A stretch of 64,000 bases of DNA from assembly GCA_024679065.1 (NCBI GenBank), contig JAGIQG010000002.1:31682001-31746000 (forward strand), read 5' to 3'. Origin of the DNA: Sphyrna mokarran (Eukaryota). The notes under the pieces are model-generated. The model was not told the DNA's origin, did not search any database, and worked only from the letters and a program-made list of their open reading frames with translations. The position numbers and the translations under genes were made by a program. This document shows positions 12,342 to 25,545 of this stretch, piece by piece; the first letter of the stretch is position 1; the number at the start of each line of letters is the position of its first letter.

Positions 12342-12699
12342 ACAGAATCAAAGTTAGAGACGTGAATTGATGCCCTTTTGCTAGAAGACCATGTTGACTG
12401 ATATCAGTTGGGTCAGGAACACTTGTGCTGCAGTGGCTTCTATAAGTTCCTCAGCTAAGGAATGGAAAGTCACCCAAAGTTCCTGCTATCCAGAATGCCA
12501 ATAGGTGCAACTTGGGTTGCAGTTTTAATCTAATGAAACACCCCAAGGCACTTCACAAGGGACATAATCGATTAAAAAAAATACAAATCTCAAAGCAATA
12601 GCCATTTGGGCAAAAGCTTGATCAAAAAGTGAAGCCTTAGGGAAGCATCTTAAAAGAGGAGAGAGGGGTGGAGAGCAGGACAAGTTTGAGGGAGTTTTG

Positions 12700-13005
12700 T
12701 TGAATTAATTCATGGGATATGGGTGCTACTGGTTGGCAGGTTTTATTGCCCAATCATAGTGTCTCTGGAGTCACATGTAGGTCAGACCAGGTAAGGATGG
12801 CAGATTTCCTTCCCTAAAAGACATTAGTGAGCCAGGTGGAATTTTCTGTCAATAGTTTAATGTCATCAGTAGATGCTTAATTCCAAATTTTATTGAATTA
12901 AAATTCCACCATCTGCCATGGCGGGATTCAAACCCAGGCCCCCAGAATATTAGCTGAGTTTCTGGATTATTTGTCTACAAATAATACCACAGAGCCATTG
13001 TCTTA
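12700..13005 (-). mobile_element. Second SINE family copy
   Basis: Reverse complement of 46400-46745 type. Confidence 0.8.
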
Positions 13006-13371
13006 CCAGAGCTTAGGACCCAGACAGCTAAAAGTGTAGCTGTTGAAGATAGGATGAAGACACATTCTAACATTGATATTTCACTAGACTGGGAGCCAGT
13101 GTGGATTTGCAAGCATAAGAATGATGGCTTAATGGGATTTGATGTGAATTAGGATATCAACAGAAGAGTTTTATATAAGTTTAAAATTACAGAAAGGTGC
13201 AAGAGGTTGAAAGCAGCCACTTACAGGAAGGTATACATAGGGATGTTAGATGTGAACAAGCTTATCTGTGAATATCCCGATAAGTGAACATTGAAAACCC
13301 ATTGGCTTGGATCTTGCTCAGAGCTGCTCCCATTGCAACAACTTGACTTTATCAGAAGTCCAGTGACAGTG

Positions 13372-13755
13372 GGGAGATGTTGGCATTGTGGTAATGTCAC
13401 AGAACAGTAATCCAGAGGCCCAGGCTAACGTTCTGCACACAAATCCCAGCACATCAACTGATGGAATTTAAACTCAATTAACAATTCTGGAATATAAAAC
13501 TAGTCTCAAAAATGGTGACCGTAAGATTATTGTCAATAGTTGTAAAAACCCATCTGGTTCACTAATGTTCCTTAGGGAAGGAAATCTGCAGTTCTTACCT
13601 AGTCTGGCCTACATGTGACTCCAGATCCATAGCAATATGGTTGACTACTAAATACCCTCTGAAATGGCTTAGTGAGTCACTCAGGTCAAAGACAATTAGG
13701 GATGACCAACAAATGCTGGCCTCGTCAGCAATGTTCACACCCCATGAAAAGAATG
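13372..13755 (+). mobile_element. Second SINE family copy
   Basis: Colinear similarity to 46400-46745. Confidence 0.8.
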
Positions 13756-14274
13756 AAACCTTGTTACAGTATCCCAACCAATTTACTGTGTGTTCCTGGT
13801 GGAGTGGAGGCAGCATTGAAAGGTTTGGTGGCCATTTGCTAGTCTCTGAAGTCAGGAATGGGTGCCAGAAGAGAGTTTGTGGAATTGTACTGAAGTCAGC
13901 ACAACAGGAGGAGTGCAGGAAACTGAGGGTGGAAAATGATAATTTCACTTAATAACTTGATTGAGTGTTTTTACAAAAAACATCTGAATCAAACAATTGG
14001 TTCTCAAGACCGGATCAAACAGAAGAAGATGACTTTCCTCATTGTGCCTGTGTGCGGCCTTTGAAAATGATACCTTGTTTGTTCCACTGGGAAAGTATGA
14101 TGCAACAGTTTATAACATAGTACAGCACTACAAGCCTGGCTTCCAAATAACTATAATCCATGTCAGATTTTAGAACTTGCTGGTTTTCACAGGAAAAAAA
14201 TATCAGAACGCCTTAATTGAGTGAATAGGACACACAGGAAAACCAGCTGATATGGCCAGAACATACATTAGATA

Positions 14275-14622
14275 ATGGTAATAGAGGCATACAAGATGAT
14301 CAAAGGATTAGATAGGGTAATAGTGAGGGCCTTTTTCCTTGGATGGTGATGGATGGCACGAGGGGACATAGCTTTAAACTGAGGGATGATAGATATGGGA
14401 AGTATGGGTTCTTTACTCAGAGAGCAATAAGGGCGTGGAATGCCCTTCCTACAACAGCAGTGGACTCGCCAACATTAATGGCATTTAAATGCCATTGGAT
14501 AAACATATGGATGATAATGGAATGGTGTAGTTCAGATGGGCTTTAGATTGGTTTCCACAGATTGGCACAACATCGAGGGCCAAAGGGCCTGTACTGCGCT
14601 ATAATGTTCTATGTTCTATGTT
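14275..14622 (+). mobile_element. CR1 LINE 3' fragment
   Basis: TRGHSFKL..FFTQRAIRAWNALP; (GTTCTAT)n tail. Confidence 0.88.
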
Positions 14623-15133
14623 GCTGCTAATACTAATTTACGTCTTATGTATTGGATTGGATAACTCTTTCATGCCTCCCTAACTTCTTTCCATCAGCGC
14701 ACCCTGCTTGAAATGAGAAAAGATCAAACAAATTTCAATGATGTTAAAAATACATTTTTGTTATAACAGAAATCTATTTGTTTTTTTAATTCATGCAAGA
14801 TTGCACAGCGCTCTTTAATAATTGTCTTTGAACTGACTTGGATCAGCTGTAAGAAAGCAAACAATGTCCGCTAAACTAAATCTTGGATAGTAAGCGCAAT
14901 GTTTGATTTATGTTTCAAAACTCAATACCCAGCACAGTAACAGGGATTGGCTATTGTGCTGTTCCCAAGAATAATACCTAGCCATTTATTCAATATCATT
15001 GGATTCTACAAGAGTCATTATTTCTTCCTTTGTGAATTCAACTGCCTGTGCCACATCTGCACTGGATTGGGTGAGGTTCAAGGTTCACTGGGAAAGATCA
15101 GGAGTGCAAACCTAACAGTACTTGACCAGTACA

Positions 15134-15398
15134 GGCAGTACGCTGGCACAGTGGTTGGCATTGCTGCCTCACAACAACTAGGACCCAGGTTCAATTCCTG
15201 GCTTGGGCCACTGTCTGTACGGGGTCTGTACGTTCTCCCCATGTCTGCATGGGATTCCTCTGGATGCTCAGTTCCTCCCACAGTCCGAAAGACGTGCTGG
15301 TCAGATGCATTGGCCATGCTAAATTCTCTCTCAGACACTGGAGTGTGGCGACTTGGCAGTGTTAATGTAAGCCTACATGTGATACTAATCAAAATAAA
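15134..15398 (+). mobile_element. V-SINE with alternative (type B) tail
   Basis: HE1 head and core, then gtggcgact...gcagtgttaatgtaagcctac...aataa. Confidence 0.8.
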
Positions 15399-15535
15399 GA
15401 CATTGCTGAGCTGAGTTGGTTGGGGTCAAGGCTTGCTGCAGTGCACGGGGAAAAAGCATCCAGTTTTCAGACATTGCCAGTTGTTGGGCAGTGGGATTTC
15501 AGGTACTCTTACCTGTTTCTGTTTCCATTAACCAG

Positions 15536-15702
15536 GCTTTCAGTGTAATGAATCACTTGGCATGGAATCAGGCAAGATTCGCGCAGATCAAATTTTGAGT
15601 TCCAGCAATTATAATTACAACTGGTCCCCAGAAAGATCAAGACTAAATCACCCAGAAAATGCGTGGACACCGTCTACTGACTCCAGCAAGCAATGGATAC
15701 AG
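15536..15702 (+). CDS. NRP1: Neuropilin-1 exon (exon 6 homologue), start of b1 FA58C domain
   Basis: accag| and |gtaaac, 167 nt, phase 1-0; SFQCNESLGMESGKIRADQILSSSNYNYNWSPERSRLNHPENAWTPSTDSSKQWIQ. Confidence 0.96.
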
Positions 15703-15844
15703 GTAAACATCGTGATGAGATTTCATTTTTCTCACACTGTCATTAGTGAATAGCAGTCATTAAGAAGCCTTGTGGTTGCAAAGACTATTCAGGTTTCCAC
15801 TATAGAGCAATAAACAAAAATATGCAACACAGAACATCAGTGGG

Positions 15845-16135
15845 AGAGTCTGGAATAAGGGCAAAAGACTACAAGATAAAGGGCCGACCATCTAAAACCG
15901 AGGTGCGGAGAAATTTCTTCTTGCAGAGGATGCTGAATCTCTGGAATTCTCTGTCCCAACGTGTACTGGAGGCTGGTCTTAGAAATATTCAAAGCAGAGA
16001 TGGCTATATATTTGATAGATTGAGGAGTAGAAGGCTATGGGGAAATGGGACAGAAATGGAGTTGAGGGCATTAAGAATCAACCGTGATTTTATTTAATGA
16101 TGGACAGGACCTGATGGCCTACTGCTGCTTCTGTG
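15845..16135 (+). mobile_element. CR1 LINE 3' fragment
   Basis: EVRRNFFLQRMLNLWNSL. Confidence 0.85.
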
Positions 16136-16421
16136 TGTTTTTCTTCAATCTGAACATCAAACAAATCTTCTGAGCTGGTAATTTCCTCCTACAGCAGTCG
16201 CAAAACAGGGCCAATGGAAAATTTCTGATAAAATTTTCTTTTCAGTAAACATACAGACAGAATGCAATATTGTTACCTGCTCCATGTTTTTTAATTTGTT
16301 TAACTGGGTAAAATTTGTGTTCATTGTGTTGGGGAATGTGAATGCTGAGTCAAGGGCACTTCAAAGTCTGCATCAAGCAAATGTGATGTCAAAAAAAAAA
16401 CTTTTCCACACAGTAAGTGTT

Positions 16422-16790
16422 ATAGTGTATAAGATTATGATGGGTATAGATAGAGTGAATGCAATCAAGCTTTTTCCACTGAGGCTTGGGGAGAAAAAAA
16501 ACTGGAGGATATGGATTAAGAGTGGGGGAGAAAGTTTAAAGGGAATATTAGGGGGGGGTTTCTTCACACAGAGAGTGGTGAGAGTGTGGAATGAGCTGCC
16601 AGATGAAGTGGTGAATGTAGGCTCACTTTTAACATTTAAGAAAAACTTGGACAGGTACATGGATGAGAGATGTGGAGGGATATGATCCAGGTGCAGTCAG
16701 TGGGAATAGGCAGAAAAATGGTTCGGCACAGCCAAGAAGGACCAAAGGGCCTGTTTCTCTGCTGTAATGTTCTATAGTTCTATGGTCTAG
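16422..16790 (+). mobile_element. CR1 LINE 3' fragment
   Basis: VYKIMMGIDRV..FFTQRVVRVWNELP..TFKKNLDRYM; GTTCTAT tail. Confidence 0.88.
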
Positions 16791-16864
16791 AATGCTTTGC
16801 CTGGAAGTGTGGTGGAGGCAGTTTCAACCGAGGCATTCAAGGGAGCATTAGATTATTACTCTTT

Positions 16865-17227
16865 TTTAATTCATTCTTGGGACATAGGTGTCACTGGCTG
16901 GCCAGCATTTATTGCCTAACTCTGGATTCCCTTAGAGGGTAGTTGAGAGACAACCACATTGCTGTGGCTCTGGAGTCACATATAGGCCAGACCGAGTAAG
17001 GACAACAGATTTCCTTCCTAAAGAACATTAGTGAACCAAATAGTTTTGTTTTCCAACAATTGACACTGATTTCATGGTCATCAGTAGATGGTTAATTCTA
17101 GATATTTTTTATTGAATTCAAATTCCACCATCTGCTGTGGTGGGACTCAAACTCGGATCCCCAGAATGTTAGCTGAGTTTCTGGATTAATAGTCTAATGA
17201 TAATATCACTAGGTCATCACCTCCCCT
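16865..17227 (-). mobile_element. Second SINE family copy
   Basis: Reverse complement, full length. Confidence 0.83.
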
Positions 17228-17524
17228 GAATAGAATCAATGTGTCGGGCATGGGGAAAATGTGGGGGAATGGTACTATGTCATGATGTTTACTTGGAGAA
17301 CATGATGGGCTGAATGGCTTCCGTCTGCTTCTTAACAATTCTGTGATTCTGTGAAGTGCTCCTCGATCAGGTCCTGGTGGCAAAGTCAAAATACTACAAA
17401 TGCTAGAAATCTGAAATAAGAACAGAAAATGCTGGAAATATCCAACAGGTCAGGTAGCAGCTGTGGACAGAGAAATAGAGTTGAACCTCTCATCACAACA
17501 CACATTGGCGATCATTTTGACTTC

Positions 17525-17912
17525 TTTATTCTTACATGGAATGTGGCCGTCACTGGCAAGATCAATATTAGTTGCCCATCCCTAATTGCCCTCGAAATGA
17601 GAAGCTTGCTAAGTGACTTCAGAGGGCAGTCAAGAGTCAATCATGATGCTGTGGTTCTCCAATCACATGTAGGCCAGACCAGGTAAAGATGGTAGATTTC
17701 ATTTCCAAATTGACATGAATAAACCAAATGGGTTTTTAACAGCAATCAATAATAATAAATAAATGGTTATCATTACTGAGACTAGCTTAATACTGCTGAC
17801 GTACTAATTGAATTTAGCTGCCAGGATGGGATTTGAACCCATGCCCCAGAAGATTAGCACAGGAACGTGGATTACTAGCCCAGTGGCATTAGGATCACAC
17901 CACCATCTCCCC
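17525..17912 (-). mobile_element. Second SINE family copy (older)
   Basis: Reverse complement. Confidence 0.75.
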
Positions 17913-19167
17913 ATGACCTTGTGAGGGTCAAATTGAATCAGTAGCCCATTTTATTCATTCCCCAATCCTTGGTTAACATCAGAACTTTCATTTTACCATT
18001 TAACATGACTTTGAATCTTATGAAATCACCACACTGATAGAAGATATAGCCTGCACAGATTTTAAACATCTCCATCTTGCTTGGCAAACCCTACAGAATT
18101 GTTTTGAAGAGGAAACTGACATGGTCAGTGCATAATGCATTGAATGTAGTGTCTGTGAGCTTTTTGGGAGCTTCAAATAGGAGATTATTAGGACAGATTA
18201 AGGGTGTCAAATAAGAAGGATGACAACAAGTGGGGTTAAAATTGGATGGGAACAGAGAATTTGGCAAGAGACAGGCTGTTTGCAGGATCAGTAGTTAAGA
18301 CAAAAACACCGACATTCAAAAATCAGATGGGAGAGGTGGGTGTGCAATTAATGGATCAGATACAAGAACAGGTTGGGTAAATATAAATAGAATTATTGGC
18401 TGATATGAAGGATAAACACTAACACAAGTTGTTGGGCCAAATCACGTGTCCGTGTTATAATGTGAAGTGCAAAATGATATTGATTGTAGAATAACACTGA
18501 TTTGAGGTGGGGGCTATTGGCCAGCATTATGACAGAGTAAGGAAGACGATGTTTTTTGCTATGCTATTTTTGAGTGACACCTTTGTAATGAACGACAGCT
18601 GTAATGAGCTTGAGGCGTGAGGTGGATTAACAAGTTTCACTGCTTAGAAGCGAGTGTGATTATATGTACATGACAAGCCACAGTTAGAGGCTGAAAACCT
18701 AACAGTTGTATTTTAAATAAATTGTGCAGTGGAGAGTAATCCAGTGACTGAAGGTAACATAGTACCTTTCTGCTCTTGGTAAAGAAGAGACATTATTTCC
18801 GCCGGGGATTTTCAGTCTGAAAATCCTTCAATTTGACAGAGAAGAGCTAACGTGTTGCTGGGAAACTTCCAGGTGTCAGTATCACAGTAGAGCGAGGGTG
18901 AATTTTCTTACGGAGGAGTTCTTCTGATCATCTGCCATAGCTATGGAGCATAACCATGAAAGCTGTCGAAAAATAGTGGAGACCCTGTCAACGCTGAATT
19001 TTAGGAGCAATCAGCAACACAAAACCCTCTCACGAAACCCTCACTGTCATACCAAACACGAGAGTGAATTCATGAGGGCAACAGAAATTGCAAAGACCTG
19101 TCAATACCATTATCCTGGGCTTTCTCCAGCTTCTGTGATGAGGTTATCTCAGCGATGTTATGTTAGT

Positions 19168-19450
19168 GGGCAGCCACAGTGGTTAGCATTGCTGCCTCAT
19201 GGCACCAGAGACCCGGATTCGATTCCCGGCTTGGGTCACTGTCTGTGTGCAGTTTATGTGTTCTCCCCATATCTGTGTGGATAGACCACAGTCCAAAGAT
19301 GTGCAAGTTAGGTTGATTGGCCATGCTAAATTGACCCTACTTCCAGGGTGATCAGGGGGATATGTGGGGTTATGGAAATAGGCCTGGGTGGGATTGTGAT
19401 TGGTGCAGTTGATGGGCTGAATGGCCTCCTTCTGTAGGGATTCTATGATT
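19168..19450 (+). mobile_element. HE1-like SINE
   Basis: Same head/core/tail. Confidence 0.85.
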
Positions 19451-19959
19451 TTAGCCATTTGGGAGAATCCTCTCCCCCTTGAAAATTCACATCTAACATG
19501 TATGAGCACAATGAACCTTCCATTTTGATTGGACCTATCTTATATTAAGTTGATCTTTCTCTGCACCTTAGCTATGACTGTAACACTACATTCTGAAGTC
19601 TCTCCTTTCCTTCTCCCCTATATATTCTGTGAACAGAATGCTTTGTATAGCCACAAGAAACAATACTTTTCATTGTATATTAATACATGTGACAATAATA
19701 AATCAAATCAAATACACTGTAGAAAAAGGGCAGGATTTTACAGCCTTGCCCAAGGTCAATGGATGTTTCCATTGTCCATTCCTCACCCCCTCTGATTCTG
19801 CGGTGGGCAAGATGGTAGAATTCCAGCAATGGTGTCCACCATCACTTTTATCATTATAGCCTGGCCTCAATTGCACTGTAATGATAAAAAAAATTTTTTA
19901 GATCAATTCATAATTTCCATTGGCCTCGTGAATTCACTGTGGAGATCAATGTGACACAA

Positions 19960-20245
19960 TGGGTTCGAATCCCAGATTGGGTCACCATCTGTGTGCAGTT
20001 TGCACATTCTCCCCTTGTCAGCATGGGTTTCCTCTGGGTGCTTTGGTTTCCTCTCACAGTCCAAAGATGTGTGGGCTAGGTTGATTGGCATTCTAAATTG
20101 CCCCTTAGTGTCCTGGGATGCATAGGTTAGAGGGATTGGTGGGTAAATATGTGGGAATACGGGATAGGGCCTAGATGGGATTGCGGTTGATGCAGACTTG
20201 ATGGGCCTAATGGCCTCTTTCTGCACTGTAGGATTCTATGATTCT
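19960..20245 (+). mobile_element. HE1-like SINE, 5'-truncated
   Basis: B box to gattctatgattct tail. Confidence 0.85.
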
Positions 20246-21227
20246 GTAATGGCAATGAGGGCTTTCTGGGAGGCAACTGCTGCTAAAACTTAGCCTCTTC
20301 TGAATCTTCCCACTGGGGTAGACTGTAGCCCCTTAAATCACTATTTTGGCATTAGAAACAATGCAGTTATCAGAATTATTCTCTCTCTGTAAATATATCG
20401 GTCATTGTTTTAAAATGTGCCAATGAATTTCACAGAGAAAAACAAATGTATTCTTACTTAAAAATATTGCAAAGAAGTAAGGTTGGTAATAGCTGTAATG
20501 TCACAGTCAGGACTAATCCCCAGAACAAATCAGCTGTCAGGGGTAAGAGATCCCACATCTGTTTTTAGTTTCAGGTCTAATTCTGCCTTTTGTATTGACT
20601 TTATAATTTAAAACACCATTATCATTAATCCTTAACTGGAGGCCCAAGGAAAGGTAAACATGAAATTCATGACTGAATTATTCTATATTGATTCTGATTT
20701 GAGGCCATTTTTGACATGCCAGAGGATTAGCATTTCATTACAATCAGCCACTTATTCAGTGTTTTGTAAAATTGACTTTTTACTTTGTTATGTCTTTTCC
20801 CATTATTAATATGTTCAAGGCACGCGATGATAGAACCACATTCTTCCATCCACGTCATGTTGGGAGACCATCTTTGTGAAAAACTTTTCGACATCCCTTT
20901 TTCAAATTTATTAAAAACACGCAGATAATCATAGAATGGTCACAGCACAGGAGGAGGCCATTCAACTTGTTGCATCTGTACCAGCTCCCTGTCCCCATAA
21001 ACCCGACCCTTTTTTTAATATCATTCAGTACTTCTCCAATACACTCTTGGAAGCCACAAATGAATCTGTCTTTGTCACTCTCCCAGGGACTGCATTCCAG
21101 ATCCTAACCATAATCATAGGCCGGGATTTTACAGCCTCGCTCCGGCGAGATTGTAAAATCCTGCTCATGGCCAACGGGGAACGTCACCCGCCCCAGAATC
21201 AGGACAGGTGAAGTGGCCATAGGTTTT

Positions 21228-21725
21228 ACAACATAGAAAGAGGCCTTTTAGCCCATTATTTCTGCAGGGGCATGAAGCACCTATCTATTCCAATCCCATT
21301 TTCCAGCACTCAATCCATAGCTTTGTATGCTATGATGTTTCAAGTGCTCACCTAAATATTGTGAGGTTCCTGCCTCTACCACCCTACAGGCAGTGAGTTC
21401 CACGTTCTCATCACCCTCCAGGTAAAAACATTTCTCCTCAAATCCCTTCTAAATCCTCTGCTCCTTACCTTAAATCAATGCCGCTGATTTTTGATCCCTC
21501 CACAAAAAGGAAAGGTTTCTTCCCATTTACCCTATCTGTGTCCCTCATGATTTTGTACACCTCAATGAGATCCCCACCTTCTCTGCTCGAAGGAAAACAA
21601 TCTCAGCCTAACCAGCCTCTCCTCAGAGGTGAAACACTCCAATCCAGGCAACATCCTGATGAATCTCCTCTGCATCTTTTCCATGGCTATCACATCTTTC
21701 CTATCACATGGTGACCAGAACACTT
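21228..21725 (-). mobile_element. CR1 LINE 3' fragment
   Basis: WSPCDRKDVIAMEKMQRRFIRMLPGLE. Confidence 0.85.
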
Positions 21726-22052
21726 GCTGGATGACAAAAATGTCATCTTTGGTGCTTTTGCCAATCACCCTACAGCTCTCAATCCCTCTGCCAATTGGAG
21801 TGACTTGTCTTTATCTACTCTGCCAAGATCGCTAATGATTTTGATAACTTCTATCAAATCTCCTCACGATCTTGTTGAAGGAGAACAATGCCAATCCAGC
21901 CAAATAACTGAAGTCCCTCATTCCTGGAGCTGTACTTACAAATCTTTTCTGCCCATTTCTCTGATGCCTTTGTAGCCTTTCTTAAAATATGGTGCTGAGA
22001 TTGGTGAAACTACTGTTTTCTAAATGTTTATCTTTGGATCTTCCTTTTTTTA

Positions 22053-22470
22053 ACAGTGGTTAGCACGGCTACCTGACAGCGCCAGGGACCTGGGTTCGAT
22101 ACCTGGCTTAGGTCACTGACTGTGTGGAGTTTGCACATTCTTCCTGTGCCTACATAGGTTTCCTCTGGGTATTCCGGTTTCCTCCCACAGTCCAAAGATG
22201 TGGAGGTTAGGTGGATTGACTGTGTTAAATTCTCCTTCAGTGCATCCGACCAGGGGCCAGATCTAAGCCGGGTACCGAACCAGGTCCCTGGCACTCTCAG
22301 GTAGCCGTGCTAACCACCGTAAAAAAAAAAGAAAGGTCCAAAGATGGACATTTAGAAAACACTAGTTTCACCAATCTCAGCAGAGAGTGGCGACTAAAGG
22401 ATTCGTTACAGTGTGAACTTTGTTACAGTGTTAATGAAGCCGACTTGAGATTAATTAATAAATAACTTTT
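22053..22470 (+). mobile_element. V-SINE (type B tail) carrying an internal inverted duplication
   Basis: Head/core 22053-22261, insert 22263-22382, tail resumes at gagtggcgact. Confidence 0.82.
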
Positions 22471-22482
22471 ACTTTTACTTTT

Positions 22483-23112
22483 CATAGAATCCTACAGTGC
22501 AGGAGGAGGTCTTTTAGCCCATCAAGTCTGTACCGACCCTCTGAAAGAGCTCTCAACCAAGGCCCATAGCCTAACCTTCCCATGTAACCCCATGCATAGA
22601 TCATGGCTATTCCACTTAACCTGCACATCTTTGGACACTAAGGGGCAATTTAGCATGGTTAGCCCACCTAACCTATACATCTTGGGGCACCAAGCGGCAA
22701 TTTATCCTGGCCAATCCACTTAACTGACACATCTTTGGACCCTCTGGTTTCATTCCACGGTCCAAAGACATGCAGTTTAGGTGGATTGGCCATGTTAAAA
22801 TTATCCCTTAGTATCAGGGGGATTAGCTGGGGTAAATGCATGGGATTATGGGATAACGGGGATCGGGCCTGTGTGGGATTGTGATTGGTGCAGACTCGAT
22901 GGAGTGAACTGCCTCCTTCTGCACTGTAAGATTCTATGATTGAAATCCACCTAATCTCCACATCTTTGAAATGTGGGAGGAAACCAGAGTATCCAGATGA
23001 AACCCACACAGACATGGGGAGAATGTGCAAACTCCATACAATCACCCAAGGCCAAAATAGAACCTGGGTCCCTGGAGCTGTGAGGCATCAGGGCTAACTA
23101 TTGCGCTGCCTC
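22483..23112 (-). mobile_element. HE1-like SINE with multiplied central module and a nested + strand HE1 half (22741-22940)
   Basis: Several tandem ~55-nt ccaatccacctaacctgcacatctttgga modules; opposite-strand core and tail in the middle. Confidence 0.8.
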
Positions 23113-23859
23113 TTTTGTGCTCCATAAAGCCCAGGACTCCTTATACATTCTTTTTGACTACTGACTCAATCTGCTCTGCCATCTTCAACAATCTGTGCAC
23201 ATTGATCACATCCAAACATATCACTGTAACTTAAATTATTTTTAAAAATTAATTCTTGGCAGGAGAGATGGGGGGGATGTTGTTAAGGAAAGGATGGCAT
23301 TGTTGCTGTTGAAAAAATAGGAATACGCTGCCTTCTTAATTGTTTATATTCTGTGGGGTGAACATGCTCCTGTATTCCAGCTGATATAGTGAGTTCCAGG
23401 ATTTTAACCCAGCAACAATGTAACATCATCTTGATGAATCATTTCCTGGACACAATGCCCTTTCATATACCAAATGTAAATCAGTGGACCCAACACACTT
23501 CCTTTCATCTGAAAAAACATAAAAGAGAACATCTTCCTTTTCTCAGCTTGCCTGGGTTGTATTTTTGAAAAATATTTCTAAATTGTGCGCAACAAATACA
23601 TTTTCCCTACTCAAGTAATTTTTGGAAATGCATTGAATGTTGTGGAGCTTCAAAGAAGTAGTTTGCTGTTGCTGGATGACGGATGTTGAAAGCACGTTGA
23701 TCAGAGGGAATGTGCCCTTTCGCTCCAATAGTGTCAGTGCAGTTATGAAATCATCTTTGGAGGGGATGTAAAACCTTCCAAGTATTTTTGAATATAAATG
23801 CCTACCTGGAACCTGCATGTTTTTAGTCTTGGCCACATTTAATCAGCATCCTTCATCTG

Positions 23860-24168
23860 GACGGCACAGTGCCACAATGGTTAGCACTGCTACTTCATAG
23901 CACCAGGGACCCACCTGGGTTACTGTCTGTGTGGAGTTTGCACATTCTCCCCGTGTCTGTGAGGAGTTCCTCCGGGTGCTGTGGTTTCCTCCTACAATCC
24001 AAAGGTGTGCTCGTTATGTGGATTGGCCATGCTAAATTGCCCCTTAGCATCAGGGAGACTAGCTCGGGTAAATGCATGGGGCTATGGGGATAGGGCCTGG
24101 GTGGGACTGTGGTCAGTGCAGATCCAATGGGCCGAATGGCCTCCTCCAGCACTGTAGGATTCTATGGA
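23860..24168 (+). mobile_element. HE1-like SINE
   Basis: Same head/core/tail. Confidence 0.87.
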
Positions 24169-24292
24169 TCTAACATTTTAAATTAAATTATTTTTTCAAT
24201 AGCATGACTTTATTGGCATTGAATTGGAAGGTTTTGAATGGGACAGGCTTGGCACCTGTTCCATTTGTAGTAATTTAGAAAGATCCCTAATT

Positions 24293-24577
24293 AAAGGTTA
24301 AAGTTTATTTGTTAGTGTCATAAATAGGCTTATATTAACACTGCAAACACATTAGTGTGAAAATCCTCCAGTCACCACTCTCTGGTGCCTGATCAGGTAC
24401 ACATGGGCAGTGCAGCTAACCAGCACATCTTGGGAGGAAACTGGAGCACCTGGAGGAAACACGCACAGACACAGGGAGAATGTGCAGACCCCACACAGAC
24501 AGTGACCCAAGCCGGGAGTCGAACCTGGATCACTGGCACTGTGAGGCAGCGGTGCTAACCGCTGTGTCACCATGCCA
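24293..24577 (-). mobile_element. V-SINE, type B tail
   Basis: Reverse-complement head plus type B tail. Confidence 0.82.
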
Positions 24578-25209
24578 TCCCATACACAGAGGCCTAACAA
24601 CCGCTTTTGGTAGTTGATCAAAATGCCTGCAAAGTTGCCTACACCAACATGATAGTGCCTGTAATTTAGGTATTAATAAAGCATGGAACCCTGAAATTGG
24701 GTCCTTTTTGGATTTTTTTTTGTATGCCCAGAAGTGAGCAAAGCAACTACCCCAAAATGCAACTATCCAAAAATGCATACCCCTTTTTTTAAAATAGACT
24801 ATCACAAAACTACTTGGGGTATTGTGTAATGCTCTTCGGACTGGAGTTTCACAGACATTCTTTGAAGTTATCTGAAAGTCTTCAAACATCAATGGCAGGC
24901 TTATGATAAGTGAAAGATAAAGACTAATGTTAAGGGTTTGATATATGATAGCTTCTATATCCAGGCAGCACAAAAGCAATGTCAGATCTTTAAGAATGGA
25001 AGATGAGCTAAGCCCTGTGCAGGAATTTGATACAGCTGCAAGGATTTCAGAGGGCAGGAAGCTGGAATCTTGAGGAAATCCCAAGTTGATATGTTCTGAC
25101 ATCCAGATGAATCTTGTTTCCCCACAGCCATGGACGTTTGGAAGAAATAGACTTACCCAGTCTCTCCTTTTCCCTACACAGCTACATCACATTGCAAGGT
25201 GTTCTTTTT

Positions 25210-25545
25210 ATATTCATTCATGGGATGGGGTGTCCCTGTCTAGCCAGTATTTATTGCCCATCCCTACTTGCCCAAGGACAGTTGAGAGTCAACCACATTA
25301 ATGTGGCTCTGGAGTCACATGTGGGCCAGACCAGGTAAGAACAGCAGATTTCATTCCTAAAGGACATTAGGGTTTTTCTAACAATCAACAATGGTTTCAT
25401 GGTCATCAATAGATATTTAATTCCACGTATTTTTTTACTGAATTCAAATTCCACCATCTGCCATGATTTGAACCTGTGTCCCCAGAACATTCGCTGAGTT
25501 TTTGGATTAATAGTCTAGAGATAATAACACTAGGCTATTGCCTTG
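25210..25545 (-). mobile_element. Second SINE family copy
   Basis: Reverse complement. Confidence 0.8.

Noticed and set aside
24530-25102. Long ORFs of 150-190 aa (also 14947-15414, 61069-61608)
   Set aside because: They run through SINEs and AT-rich intron and show no recognisable domain or splice context.
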